From Craspedostauros australis (Eukaryota), in assembly GCA_030167865.1 (NCBI GenBank), contig JALAGF010005857.1, positions 124,001-188,000 of the forward strand: a DNA stretch of 64,000 bases, written 5' to 3'. A program made the position numbers and the translations under genes. The number at the start of each line of letters is the position of its first letter. Positions within the stretch are counted from its first letter, which is position 1. Under the pieces are notes generated by a model. That model saw only the letters and a list, made by a program, of their open reading frames with translations. It was not told the origin of the DNA and searched no databases. Below are positions 37,901-49,759 of the stretch, in pieces.

Positions 37901-40900
37901 GTGTACATCCCCCGTGCCCACCAGCAGGTGTTGAAGGAGTTCCCTGGCATGGCCATCCCGTGGCAGACATGGCCCACGGGAACGGATTGGCCAGTCGTGC
38001 GATGCGTCATTCGTGCGATTCGATATCGCTTTCCGCCCGAAGACTACATCAGGCACAGACGGTAAGTGATTGGTCGGTCACCTGTGCCCTTCTTCCTCCT
38101 CCTCTATACTGGCATGCCCAAGTCTGGCATGCGGATTGTGATGGACGCATTGCGTTCGACGCAATGTGCCCGCTGAAAGGATCGGTTTGGGATTGCCACA
38201 GGCGGCAGTGTGTCACGATTTACATGTGTTGCCCACTTGCGAAGTTGCCAGTGTTTGTCATGTGTTTCCGGCTGGTCCTGTGCATCGCCACAACTTTGGC
38301 TGACTATCTTCATCCGTTTGCTTTTTTCTTCCGTCATCCACTTTTGTTCCTTTTGGACCGTCTCAATCTTCTACGATGCATGATTTGCAGAGCATTGTGC
38401 ACGAGTATCGTGGCGATTCTCATACTCGAAGTGACAGGGATTCCGGACGTCTCGGCCGAGCGCGCGTATCCTTGGCAGGCTGCGTCATTCATCCCGGTGC
38501 AGACCCGGTACCTCTTCGAAGTATCGAAGTTTGAGAACAAGTACAGTGAGTTCATTGTGCCGTACTGTCTGTATTCCAGCCGGATAGCCGCTCTCGAGGC
38601 TGCCATCCAAAACCGCAACGGCAATCACCAAGGCCTCACGGTGAAGGTGTTTTATGGGGAGTCCGACGAGGAAGACGCAGAGATGGCGCAGTACGAATCA
38701 TACGTGCAAGTGATTCACAACAGCGACGAGACCAACTCCACCCACCTATCCATGAGCGGATTCGAATCGATCCATATCCGCGATGGGACCGGGTTCGACG
38801 AGCACATCAGCCCTTGGGAGATTGACGTCGAAGGAGCGACAATCGCGCGCCCATCGTTGACCAATGATGAGAAGAAGCTGGCAATCGACAGCCTGGTCAA
38901 CGCGATGGATTATTCCGGATCCGTCCGCCAGTACTTCGCGCATCCTCTGAACCTCGACCAGTACCCTGACTACATGGAGATGGTAGAGGTTCCCATGAAT
39001 TTGCTGAAGATCAACGCCAGGGTGCAACAGGGCTTCTACTCGTCGAAGCTAAGCGCCATCGCTGACGTCCAGCTGGTACGAGACAATTGTATCAAATTCA
39101 ATGGAATAGCGCATACGCTGTCTCAGGATATGATCGAGGTCTACCGGACTTTCGTTTCCTTGATGCTCCTCTCGGAAGATGAAAGTTCCAACCTGCTGAC
39201 AGAAGAAGGCTATGACACCCTCCTCCGCCAGCAATCGATGATCGATGTCCACAGCTTGATGCCACCACCGCGGCAAGATGCTGGTGCCGGTACCGGTGCC
39301 GCTGCTGGGCGGACGAGGAGGACACGCAGCAGCCAGTCTCAAAGGCCTGGGCAACGGCATCAACATCAGCCAGGTCGCGTGTTACCGCAGCGCCAGGGGA
39401 GACAACCTGGTTCGCAGCAACAGCGCCAACAACTCCAGCGTCCAGACCAGGCAGTTGCTGCTGCTCAGCGTGGTAGACGGGCTCGGACACGCCGAAGCGC
39501 CATCGATCCAGGGGACGAGCGACAGGACACACTCGCACTCATTCCGCAACGCAGGGATGGCACACGATCAGCTGCAGCACGGCGTGGGAGACAACCGGTC
39601 TCCTACGTTGAAGCCGAGGATGACATGGATGTGGAAGTGGAAGTGGAAGTGGATAATGAGCATGGAAGCCAACCAGATTCTCATTTGGCATACAATACCA
39701 CTGCACGTTCTCGCCGCGAAAGGATGAATCGCAGAAATGCGGCACGTACGACTACGGATGATGATACAACTCCAATCTCGGGTGGTGCCATTCCACCAAT
39801 TCCACCACGAACACGGCGCTCTGTACCTGCCGTTGCATCGATGCCGACAAGACTTGCGAATGAAGATGATGACGACGACGACGATGACGACGACGACAGC
39901 CATGTGGGCGCATCCATTCCTTCAATGCGGGAGTGGGGCAATGGTGATATTGCAGGCATGTCACGCAACACGCGTGGTCGTGCCCATCCGCAGCGATCAA
40001 CCAGACGCCAAGCTGCTCAGTACAAGGCCGACTCCGATTATGACGAACCCAAGCAGGAATGGGAGGAAACGCAGAAAAACGATGGCCACAGCGATGTTGA
40101 CGAAGAGGGAAAAGAGGAGGATGATGACAGCGACGCGAGCGAGCATATGGATGACGACTCAGACGACGGTGGTGGGAAGATCGCCGCTCGTCCGCGAAGA
40201 AACAGCAATGGCAACGGCAGTAGCAACGGCATCAGCAAGAACAACAAACGTGCTAGAGCCCGCGCACCGACGACGGGAGCTCGAAAGAGACCAGCAAGAG
40301 GGACCACCAACATGAACTCCAACATCATCAGCGAGGGTCCTAACACACATGGAATTTCAGGGGAGACGTCCCAAAATGAGAGTGCGTCTCACAACATGCG
40401 CAGCACGCGCCGATCACTTCGACGTGGATCAGCAGCTATTGCTGCGAACGGCACAGATGGTAGCAATGACCAGCGAAACGAAGACGACGACCATCGCCAA
40501 CGCAATTCCACCGGCAGTGATGACGGCCCGAATCCTCAGGGAGCGATTGGTCACACGCCTGGTCGGCAGACCCGCCGGGCCCAGCGCGCCAGACTATCGC
40601 CTTCTGCACCACAACAAATGGAACTTTCTGCTGCAAATCATGGGGAGGACACATCTGCTCTCGACGAGGCAGATCACCGGAGGCATAGCGCGCGGATAGG
40701 CAGCCGCGCACGGAGGCCGATGTATGCCGACGAAGACAGCTACGTGGACGAAGATATGCTCGACAATGACGAAGAAGAAGACAGTGTGGATCATCATGCT
40801 GCCCCCCAACATGCCAAGTATGATCATGGCGATGATAGTGACATCGAAAGTGACGGCGACGGTGATGAGGACGATGAAGTGGAGGAGGAAAATGACGGTG

Positions 40901-42362
40901 ATGAGGACGATGAAGTGGAGGAGGAAAATGACGGTGATGAGGACGATGAAGTGGAGGAGGAAGATGACGGTGATGAGGACGAAGGAGAAGACTCGACGCC
41001 AACGCACAGTACCAGGTCAGGCATGAGAAGACGGAGGGGTGCAGGTGAGTTGTTGCTTTGCATTGCTTTGCGTTGTTTCTCTTTGATGGACATCTTTGGC
41101 TTGTTTCGTCTTGTTGGATTTGGCATTTGGCATCTGCCCGCACAGCATTCATTTCGAATAGTTCTACTCGACGATGCCCTGATGTACCATGCGTACATCC
41201 TGCAAAGAATCCGCACGACCCCAACTAACACAGGCTCTCAAAATACCCCGTTCCGTTCGAAACGTGCCGGCGTCCACTCCCCCAAACTGCTTCCCTTTGG
41301 ATGAACCATGGGTCGTCGTGACAATGGCGCCACCACGAATGTCACTACTCGACAAACATGACAACTTTACCGACATCGCACATCACACAATCGAAAACGA
41401 AAACGAAATTTTCCAGTATCTGCAACTGCCCCTCCCCATCCAGCAAAGCGACGCAGAGCAGGAAGTGGTCCCGCCACTCCCGACTTGGCACCTTGGCCAG
41501 ATATTGAAGACGATAAACTTGTTGATGTTTGCGAACATATCATGAAGCGGATCGTAAGTATTGCCGACTTTGCATGCGTTCCCAATGGCATGGATGCATT
41601 ATTTGTGTATTCTGCCCGGTGGCCCGTGTGCCTGTTTACATCCAGGCTCTTCGCTGCATGGTGTCTTGAGCGCAGCACGACTATTCGTTTTTGACACTCA
41701 CCCGATGCCGACTCTTTTCTGGCTTTGCACCTTGCTTGTTGTTGATGATCGTCCTGCGTACCATACCATACGCACTCAATGATCGATTCTCCTCGCCTCG
41801 ACTCAATGACGATGCAACAAATGCATGCCATGTGATGCAAAACAATACACAATCCATCACAAACACTCTCCTCCTGTTCTCTATGCTTTTCTACGCGAAA
41901 CAGTGTGCGCTGGATCGAAGTGACACATTCTCAGCGCCGGTGGTTGAAACGTACCCGGCACTGGCCACGACGTATTACAAAGTGATTAGAGACCCAATGG
42001 ACTTTCGAACGATACGCGAAGATCGCATGGACCATTACGAATCCATCCAGGAGCTCCAGCAGGACCTGATCTTGGTGTTTTCCAACTGCTGCAAATTCAA
42101 CAACGGACCGGCCACGGACATCTACGAGCATGCCATGTGAGTACGAGTGGTGTCGACATTCCGCATTCTATCATGCATTCGACTGTTGAATGCTCGTACT
42201 ATACGCATCGCGATTCTCACCATTCTCTCCCTGCCCATCTTCTCTGCTTGTTGTTGTTGGCGTTGCCGTCGCAGAAAGCTTTGGTCCGAGATCAATCACA
42301 TCTTCCAGGTCACTTGCAACAAGTTCCGTATCAGGCTCCCAGAGGGGTGGGATGCTTCTTGA
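31993..42362 (+). CDS. WD40 + two-bromodomain protein (PHIP/BRWD-like), about 2761 aa; exons 31993-32319, 32561-34180, 34502-35540, 35874-38061, 38391-41044, 41417-41553, 41904-42136, 42275-42362
   Basis: N-terminal TELPFLVTHYL and ATYADMNRKW blocks. WD40s (VYCLRFDRSGRFFVTGADDFLVKVF, LRGHAGVINDI, LVGHTSAVTDL), QQYFANDY, YCPQAGDTVVYIPRAH and HISPWEI. Bromodomains YPDYMEMVEVPMNL..NCIKFN and YYKVIRDPMDF..NCCKFN. All seven GT..CAG introns are phase-consistent. Confidence 0.88.
35645..35692. repeat. Imperfect (GATGC/GATGT)n pentanucleotide microsatellite in a BRWD intron
   Basis: gatgcgatgtgacgtgatgcgatgcgatgcgatgcgatgtgatgtgat seen directly. Confidence 0.8.
40858..40980 (+). repeat. 36-bp coding tandem repeat, about 3.4 copies (DGDEDDEVEEEN)
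   Basis: gacggtgatgaggacgatgaagtggaggaggaaaat repeated almost identically in the acidic linker between the bromodomains. Confidence 0.9.
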
Positions 42363-42750
42363 TTTGGACAGAACTTGTGTGCTCTTCGCAACTCGATTGC
42401 GTGGTGAACGAGGACATATGACGGTGGTGCGAGTATAGCGGCAGAGCACTCGTACCACACTAGTAGGATTGCTGTACTGCTCGAAACGCTTCTTCTCGTG
42501 CACACACATAGTAGTTTAAGCAAGCACCATGACTAATCGAGTGCTCCTCATCCGTTGTCTGTGTGCATGGCGCAGTTCTGCACGAGCTTGTCTCCGTCAC
42601 AACCACAACCAGTATAGATAGAGTTCAAAGAGGTGGAGATGGTGTCCATTATCATGTTAAACTACGTCTGTATCTGTCTATCTATGCACAATCACGAGGA
42701 TACTATTGTTTACAACTGCATGAGAGAATCTCAGTGCAGTACCTGTTTGC

Positions 42751-44860
42751 TCAGTCCAAGTCATGTAGGTCGCTTGTGGGTTGCGATGCCGGTGCAAAGT
42801 TGGAATCCAGCAGATCAATCGGCCCAGGGGCGGAGGTTGCCGTCGCCGTCGCCTTGTTCTGGTTGTCTTCCTCGCTCGACGACGACGGAGGTGGTGGCAA
42901 TTGCGATGCAGTGGAATCGTCATTTTCGTCGTCGGTGGATGGAGTCTGGGGTGGTGCATAATGCGTCCCGACGGGTGCCGCTGCGTTGCTCGGCTGTGCT
43001 GCAGAATTGGCAGCGGTGTTCGCCGTGTCAAATTCGACATCATCAATTGGGACTTCGGTGATGCCAAAGATGGCGCAACCCAAACAGCACAGTATTATGC
43101 TGGCCTGTCGTGGTCAGTGTATTGTTGGTTGCCATTGGTCGCATTGTGAATGCACCATACGATTGCGAGAGTTGCGGGTGGAGATGAAGATTATGGGAGA
43201 TGCGAGTGAGACGATAGGAATTGAAAGTGGACATCCGGACAACGACATGCAGGAATCATTGAGTGGAGCACTACACAGGGGTGTGTGGCTTTGTGGTGCT
43301 GCAATGTACACACTATGGCACAGACATCGCACAGACATCGCAAATGGAGCGACGACTTACCGCAAAAAGGAAGGGCGACAATATCCAAAGCGAGGAAAAG
43401 TCGGCACCCTGAAGTTTGGAAATGAACATGATCATGAGGATGAGGGTGAATCCTTGCGAACAGCACTTATTGCAGAGCTTGGAGCTGGAATGGATGACCT
43501 GGGCACGCAGCTCCTCCTTTTCTTCCTCCGTCAAGGGCGTGATGGGGGTGGCATCGCCGTTGTTGCCGACGGAACCGTAGTTGGTGGAAGCCTCGTTGGA
43601 CGCAGTCTTGACAGCGTCGCCGGTTTCGACGTCTGCCGTGGCGCTGGTGGGCGTTGTCGGTGTTGCCGTGCCCGCTGCTGCTGTTGTTGCTGTCGTCGTT
43701 GCGCCCGTGTCGTGCTCCTTGTCGCTGAAGAGGCTGGGGTCTTTTTCCGCCGCCATCTGCTGCACTTCCACGTACTGATTGAAGTTGGCACAGCAGAGGA
43801 GGGCGGAGAGGATCCAAAAGGGCGCGAAGATGATCCACCAGCTCCAATCCATGGAGTATTGCAACTGCGCGAGGAGGATGATCGTGAAGGAGAGACGGAA
43901 GCAACTGACGATGAGATCGTGTCGCGCCCTGGATTTGATCTTGCTGGCCGCTTCGAATTCTGGGCTGGTCGCGGATGGGACGACGGAGTAGCGCTTGGCG
44001 ATGAGGTCCCGTTCTGTGGGTGAGAATTCATGGAACGGCTTGCCTAGGGCCTGCTCGAGATCCTCGACGGTGACGACGCGCAGCTGGGAGGCGGGCCATT
44101 TCTTGAAGACGGTGGAGATCTCCCAGGCGATGAGAGGGATGAAGACCACCGGCCAACCGACGTTGATGATGGCATCGATCTTGAGAGCGCAGAGCACCTC
44201 GAAGGCCATGATGAGGAGGAATCGCAGCAGCGAGACAACGCGCTTGAGCATGGGGAGCGGGTCCACCCACTCCTCCTCGGGTATGTTCTCGGGTCGGTGG
44301 ATGGGACCCATCATGATGACGCGGGAATGGTAGAATAGGATGAAGGCGTTCCAAATCCATAGCGGCGTGAGGGTCCACATCCAGGAGGCGTCGTCCCCGA
44401 AGGCGCCATCGACGTGCAGGCAGATGAGGATGGGCAGGAGCAGGATGGCGATGGCAATGACCACGAAGATGGCGAAGACCTTGGAGCGATCCAGGACGGA
44501 GGACTTGGCGAAGTTGTGCGCCATCTCCTGCGGATCCATGGAGAACGGCTCGTCCATCCACTTCATGCCCTTGGCTCCGATGGCGTCGTAGGTCTCGCGC
44601 TTGTGAGGATCCGAGAGGATCTCGTAGGCCTCCTTCATCTTGGTGAAGTTGGCCTGATCCTCCTCCGTGATGGTCTTGCCGCGCTGCGCCAGCTTGTCGG
44701 GATGCAGCTGCAGGCTGAGGCGCTTGTAGGCCCGCTTGATGTCATCCTGCGATGCGTCGCGCTCCAGGGCGAGGATGTCGTAGTAGGTGCCGCCATCGTC
44801 TTCCTCCGATCCCAGGAAGGACTTGCAGCAGCACAGCATGAAGGCCAGATCGAACCTCAT
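42751..44860 (-). CDS. DnaJ (J-domain) multi-pass membrane protein with TMEM185-like hydrophobic region, about 617 aa; exons 44860-43361, 43104-42751
   Basis: J domain YYDILAL..IKRAYKRLSLQLHPDK..AYEILSDPHKRETYD, followed by repeated WxxxxxP[LF]WI-type transmembrane hairpins. Phase-0 intron GTAAGT..GACAG (43360-43105). Confidence 0.88.
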
Positions 44861-46251
44861 TGTTGCTTTGTTTGTTGATATCGGTGTGGTATGGTGTGGT
44901 ATGACACAGTATGGTGCGGTATGGTGCGGTATTAGGATACTGCTGGCTGCTTCTCCTCGCAACTGTCTTCAGCAGAGTATAATGCTGAAGTAATGGACTA
45001 CTCCACACTTGTGGTCCAGTGACGAATCTGCGATGGAGGACCGGGAGAGGCGTCTGGCTCGTGTAGTAGTATATCTGCGAGTTCCGTGGAGTGCGGTCAG
45101 GCAAGCTGGTTTCCGGTTGAGTCCTTTCGGTTACGATGCGAATGCTCTCTCTCTGTCTCTCTCTCTCTCTGGAGTATTGGTCTGATCTACTTGTGCTCGT
45201 ATCCGTCCTCGTACTCTAATCGCAATATCGATACCAATCGTATTTGTGGTTGTGGTTGTCGTTGTCGTTGTCGTTTGCAGAGTCGATCCGGCAGTGTTGT
45301 TGGTCGGCAGAGATGGGACAGATGGGAGAGTGGACGGCGTTGAGAATGTCGAGAACGTTGGGGCGCAATATCAATACAAACGCGGTGCCAGTGCTACGCT
45401 CTCTTTGGACGACACCTCCTTCCTCGTTTTCCTTGAACCTTCCTTGTTCTCACCAGAAGGAGGCGTTGGCGGATGGGCTGCGCGGTCTGGGGAGATTGAA
45501 GGGGGTATGTATGCACACAGACAGAGAGAGATGGAACGACGGATGGATGGATGGATCGTTGCTGTGGATGCGGGAGAAGGTTGATTGAGGGTAACAAGGA
45601 ACGACGATGAGAAGAGAGGACAAACATGATCGTGATGGAGACACAGAGGAAGAGAGAAACGACGACAGCAACAACAAAGACCAAAAAAGAAGAATTTCGC
45701 GCCAACAACGACAAGAGCGCAACAGCGCGTCGACAACGCAAAGACGTGCGGTTCTGGATTCGCCCATCGCCCAAACAATCCGGTCTGAATCACGAGTTAG
45801 CCATCATGTGTCACACATGACCGTTGAATCTAAATGCAATTATTAGGACATGATTGTTGAATTAGGGCAATGTCGGAGGCAGTTGGAAGAGGACTAACCA
45901 AGTCCATATTTTGAAAACGGAGGTGCGCGTTTGGTCACGCAGCGCCATTTTGCGGCATGTGTCACAACAGAAACAAGACCAACAACCCACCGACAAACGA
46001 AAGAAGCCAAAAGGAGGGATGAGACGAATGCGCGGGTGTGCGAACAAAGAGCGGCAAGCACACCACACCACAGCACTATTACAATACCATTAATACCAAA
46101 GAAGAGATCAACGACATGGCATCGGAGTCCTCCACTCTCCCATCGTATCAATACTCCTACTATCCCACACACACCAATCAACCCTTCGGAATCATTGCGG
46201 TGTTGAAGTGTTGAAGAGTCGACTTCGTGCAACACACACCGATAGAGAGGC

Positions 46252-46274
46252 AGAGAGAGAGAGAGAGAGAGAGA
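46252..46274. repeat. (AG)n microsatellite
   Basis: Uninterrupted AG run seen directly. Confidence 0.85.
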
Positions 46275-46462
46275 GGACAGATACTGCATCGTACTGCGTC
46301 ACATCGGAGTTGATTGAAGTTGACTCTACCATACAGAGTTGACTGGAGTTGATTGGAGTTGATTGGATCCCACACTTGTGCGCTTCGCAGCATCCACAAG
46401 TGGCACCAGGTTTACTCGCACGGTACTTGCGTTCATACTCGCGCTTTGGGTGATCAAGGACC

Positions 46463-49291
46463 ATGAGCAGCTGCACGTCACTGCCACGATCCCGCAGAAG
46501 CGATGGCTCATTTCCCATCAGCGTCGACAATAGCAAGAGCAGGAACGGCAACGGCAACAACAAGCACGACTTGGCTCTATCTCCGTCCATGTCTGCATCT
46601 GTATCCACATTCGCATCTGCGTCCATGTCTACGTGTGCGCCTGCGTCTGCGCCTGCGCCTGCGTTGAAGCCACCAGGACAAGCACCACCAAAGAAGAACA
46701 AATCGAAGGGTTTGTTCAATGCCCTCTCGGCGCTCAGATGCTCGTCCAGGGCTCACAAGCAGGACAATCTCGCAATTCCGGCTCACGATTTCACTCACGG
46801 TGACCTAGCCATGGTCAACGAACGTGAACTCCACGCTCCGCTTCGACAACAGCAACAGCAACGACAACAAGACCAGCAGAAACGATACCAGCAACAAGAA
46901 CTGCTGCTACCGACCAAGTACAGCTCCATCAGCGACACCTACAGCATCGATGACGAAGACTTCTCCGCGCCGCCCATCGTGTCTGATCAATCGCAGTCAC
47001 AGTCGCAAGTACAGTCCCAAATGCAGTCGCAAATGCCATCGCACTTGTATCCACATGGTCAAGAGGATGTGGATGATCTATTTGCATCTTTGCATTCCAA
47101 GCCTCATCATCATCTCGACCTCTCTCAGATGCTTCAGGATCAGGACTCGGAATGGCTGTCTCCTTCTCAATTGAATGATGTCACGTCGGGCATCAATGCA
47201 GCCGCAATTGCCATGGATGCAGCCAGCAAGGATGCACTCAACAGCACCGCCGAAACGCATGATATCACGCACCACACCGAACAATCCAACGAAAGCGTCA
47301 CGTCGTACAGCTTCGATGCGCAATTCGATGACATCGACGATGACGATGATGACGATGAGGTTGGCAACATCGAAGACCAGCCACTAGGAAATGCCGTTGC
47401 GCATGATCGTGTCATGGGCGTTGTTCCTGCTGACGATACTGGTGACGATACTGGTGACGATACTGGTGATGAGGAAGATGGCGATCGTCCTCATTCCAAC
47501 AAGTATGACAGGATTGATGCGGGACTGCGAACACCACAACGACTTTCCCAGCATCGGAATCAACTTGAAACCCAACGGGAGCAAAGTTACAACCACACCA
47601 TCAACTTGGTTGATCCAAGTATGAGTGGTAGTACAGGTACATCGGAATCGTCAGAAGCAGAAGCAGAGCTAAAGGCGGAAACATTACCAGCCGCATCAGC
47701 ATCATCAGTACCAGGAGCATCACCACAGACGGCAAAGGTGGCAGTCATGCAAGTACCAAACAACATAGAGTTGCCGTCGAACCTCGAGACCCCTGAAGGC
47801 GATGTCACTACTCCACAAACACCAGCGCAAGCACAAACGCAAGTATCTACCCCGCATCAACATGAATCAGAACTCAAGCTCCGTACTGCAGCTGCGGCTG
47901 CATGGCCCAAACAGTCGTCTTCCATATCGGCGACGTCTGAACGGCGGCAGCAGCAGCAACTAAACAAAGAAAGACAAGCGCAAATGCAAACTCAGATTCA
48001 GCTGGCAGCAGGCGCAGAAACCAGGAGAGACACAAGAACAGATCTAGACGATCAAGCAACTGCAAGGATTGTATCGCGTGTGCCATCTTCTATTCCATCG
48101 GACACAGCAGGCAAGAATCGTCACCTGGTCACTACCAATGCAGACAAAGATGACAATTCCATGAGGAATCAGGTTGATGAAGCTGACATCCTCACAAAAT
48201 CGCCTGTGCGTCTCATTCAAGAAATCAAACAAGCCAAGGATGCCGCGTTATCTCCGCACTCCAAGAGTTCGCCTCCTCACAAATCGGATGCTACAGACAC
48301 AAACATAGACACGGCACCGCGACGATCCGAACATACGGCGAACGTCATGGAGCCTACCAAGTCATGCACAAGCGCCTTCCAAAGCAGATCCATGCTGCAT
48401 TCCACAACTACGCCGTCGCGGGACTTGTCATACTCGTCGTCGTCGGTATCCGGATCTGCATCCTCCGACACGACCAAACAGAGTGACAATCTCAGCCAGA
48501 TCAACGCACCAAACACCACTTTTGCCACGTCGGCTGCTTCCGCTTCGCGCAGGCAGCCTGCACGTCGACGTTCGTCGTCGACATCGTCGTACAATCTCCA
48601 GCGACAGGATTCGATGGGGGCTTCCTCCGTCGGTTCGTCCCAGGCTGGTCATCCGCAGGCGCTTGTATTGCAGCTATCGCCGGACGATGCCAGCATCACG
48701 ATCGGCCGTCAGGAACGCAAGGCCAACACCTCCAACCACAGACGCCCCAACCACGTTCTCACCTCGTCCTCGGGTTCGTCCTCCTGGTCCACAGTGTCGT
48801 CATTCACGGTCGAAACATCAATCAAACGTCAAGAGTATGCGGCCAAGCACGAAACGCCAAAGTATCAGCATCAGCACGATCGTCAGCATGATCGTCAGTT
48901 TGCGACTCAGCAGGTCCAGCCGCAACAGCGCCGTCTCCAGCAGGCATCTCACAGCGTTCGTGGAAATCACAAGGGTGACGCATCCAACAAACGAACAAAC
49001 CCCCACACGGCTTCACGCTCGCGATCACAGTCACGATTAGGTACGAATACTTATCCACCATCAGTTGGACCACCGTCTGCAAGCACGAGACCACGCGGGT
49101 TCTTCTGGAGGTCACGTCCCACCGTCGAAGCCGCTGTGTGCAAGTGCAAGCGTTGCCTGCAGGCCAGAGTTGTGGCGCACAGATCGCCAGCGACGCGTAG
49201 CATTGGCAGCAGTGCGACCAACGCAGTAACGACGATTCACGGAAATGGTGCATCTCCCTTCTGTCCATTCAAGCATGGACAATCGCAGTAG
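46463..49291 (+). CDS. Hypothetical Ser/Gln/Thr-rich disordered protein, 942 aa
   Basis: 2.8-kb open frame starting at ACCATG and followed by an AT-rich 3' region. No recognisable domain. Confidence 0.65.
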   Translation: MSSCTSLPRSRRSDGSFPISVDNSKSRNGNGNNKHDLALSPSMSASVSTFASASMSTCAPASAPAPALKPPGQAPPKKNKSKGLFNALSALRCSSRAHKQDNLAIPAHDFTHGDLAMVNERELHAPLRQQQQQRQQDQQKRYQQQELLLPTKYSSISDTYSIDDEDFSAPPIVSDQSQSQSQVQSQMQSQMPSHLYPHGQEDVDDLFASLHSKPHHHLDLSQMLQDQDSEWLSPSQLNDVTSGINAAAIAMDAASKDALNSTAETHDITHHTEQSNESVTSYSFDAQFDDIDDDDDDDEVGNIEDQPLGNAVAHDRVMGVVPADDTGDDTGDDTGDEEDGDRPHSNKYDRIDAGLRTPQRLSQHRNQLETQREQSYNHTINLVDPSMSGSTGTSESSEAEAELKAETLPAASASSVPGASPQTAKVAVMQVPNNIELPSNLETPEGDVTTPQTPAQAQTQVSTPHQHESELKLRTAAAAAWPKQSSSISATSERRQQQQLNKERQAQMQTQIQLAAGAETRRDTRTDLDDQATARIVSRVPSSIPSDTAGKNRHLVTTNADKDDNSMRNQVDEADILTKSPVRLIQEIKQAKDAALSPHSKSSPPHKSDATDTNIDTAPRRSEHTANVMEPTKSCTSAFQSRSMLHSTTTPSRDLSYSSSSVSGSASSDTTKQSDNLSQINAPNTTFATSAASASRRQPARRRSSSTSSYNLQRQDSMGASSVGSSQAGHPQALVLQLSPDDASITIGRQERKANTSNHRRPNHVLTSSSGSSSWSTVSSFTVETSIKRQEYAAKHETPKYQHQHDRQHDRQFATQQVQPQQRRLQQASHSVRGNHKGDASNKRTNPHTASRSRSQSRLGTNTYPPSVGPPSASTRPRGFFWRSRPTVEAAVCKCKRCLQARVVAHRSPATRSIGSSATNAVTTIHGNGASPFCPFKHGQSQ

Positions 49292-49759
49292 AGAATAATA
49301 CGCATGGTACGAGATTGTAAGTCTGTCACTCCAAGCAATTCAGTAAGCTCATAAATTAAGCAACTGTAGTAGAATGCATTATTGCAGAATCGATGCGGTT
49401 GTTTCTGCTGGTGCTGATGTCATTGTTGGTGTCTGTAGTTGGTATAATGTTATTTATGATACATTACATTGATTATCACATTCCAGTATTTGTTTCATTG
49501 ATCTTGATCTTGTTGCGCATGTTTGTCGCCAGTCGCACCCGCTATATCGCATTCATTCATTCTGTTCATTATTTTCAGGTTCATGTTCATCTCGTGATGG
49601 ATGTTGCTGTTGTCCTTGGTTGCTGCTTTACATGGTGGTCTTGCGTCGTGCTCATTTGCATCGTGCTCGCTTGATCCCATCGCCCCTTTTTCTCCCTTCT
49701 CTCTCTCACTCCCCCAACCCGTTGTTTTGTTTGCGCGCACGCGTCCCATCAGTCGACTC

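Noticed and set aside
41189..41416. ORF 41189-41545 as an extra BRWD exon
   Set aside because: Wrong frame for the bromodomain. The acceptor at 41416 gives a phase-consistent join without it.
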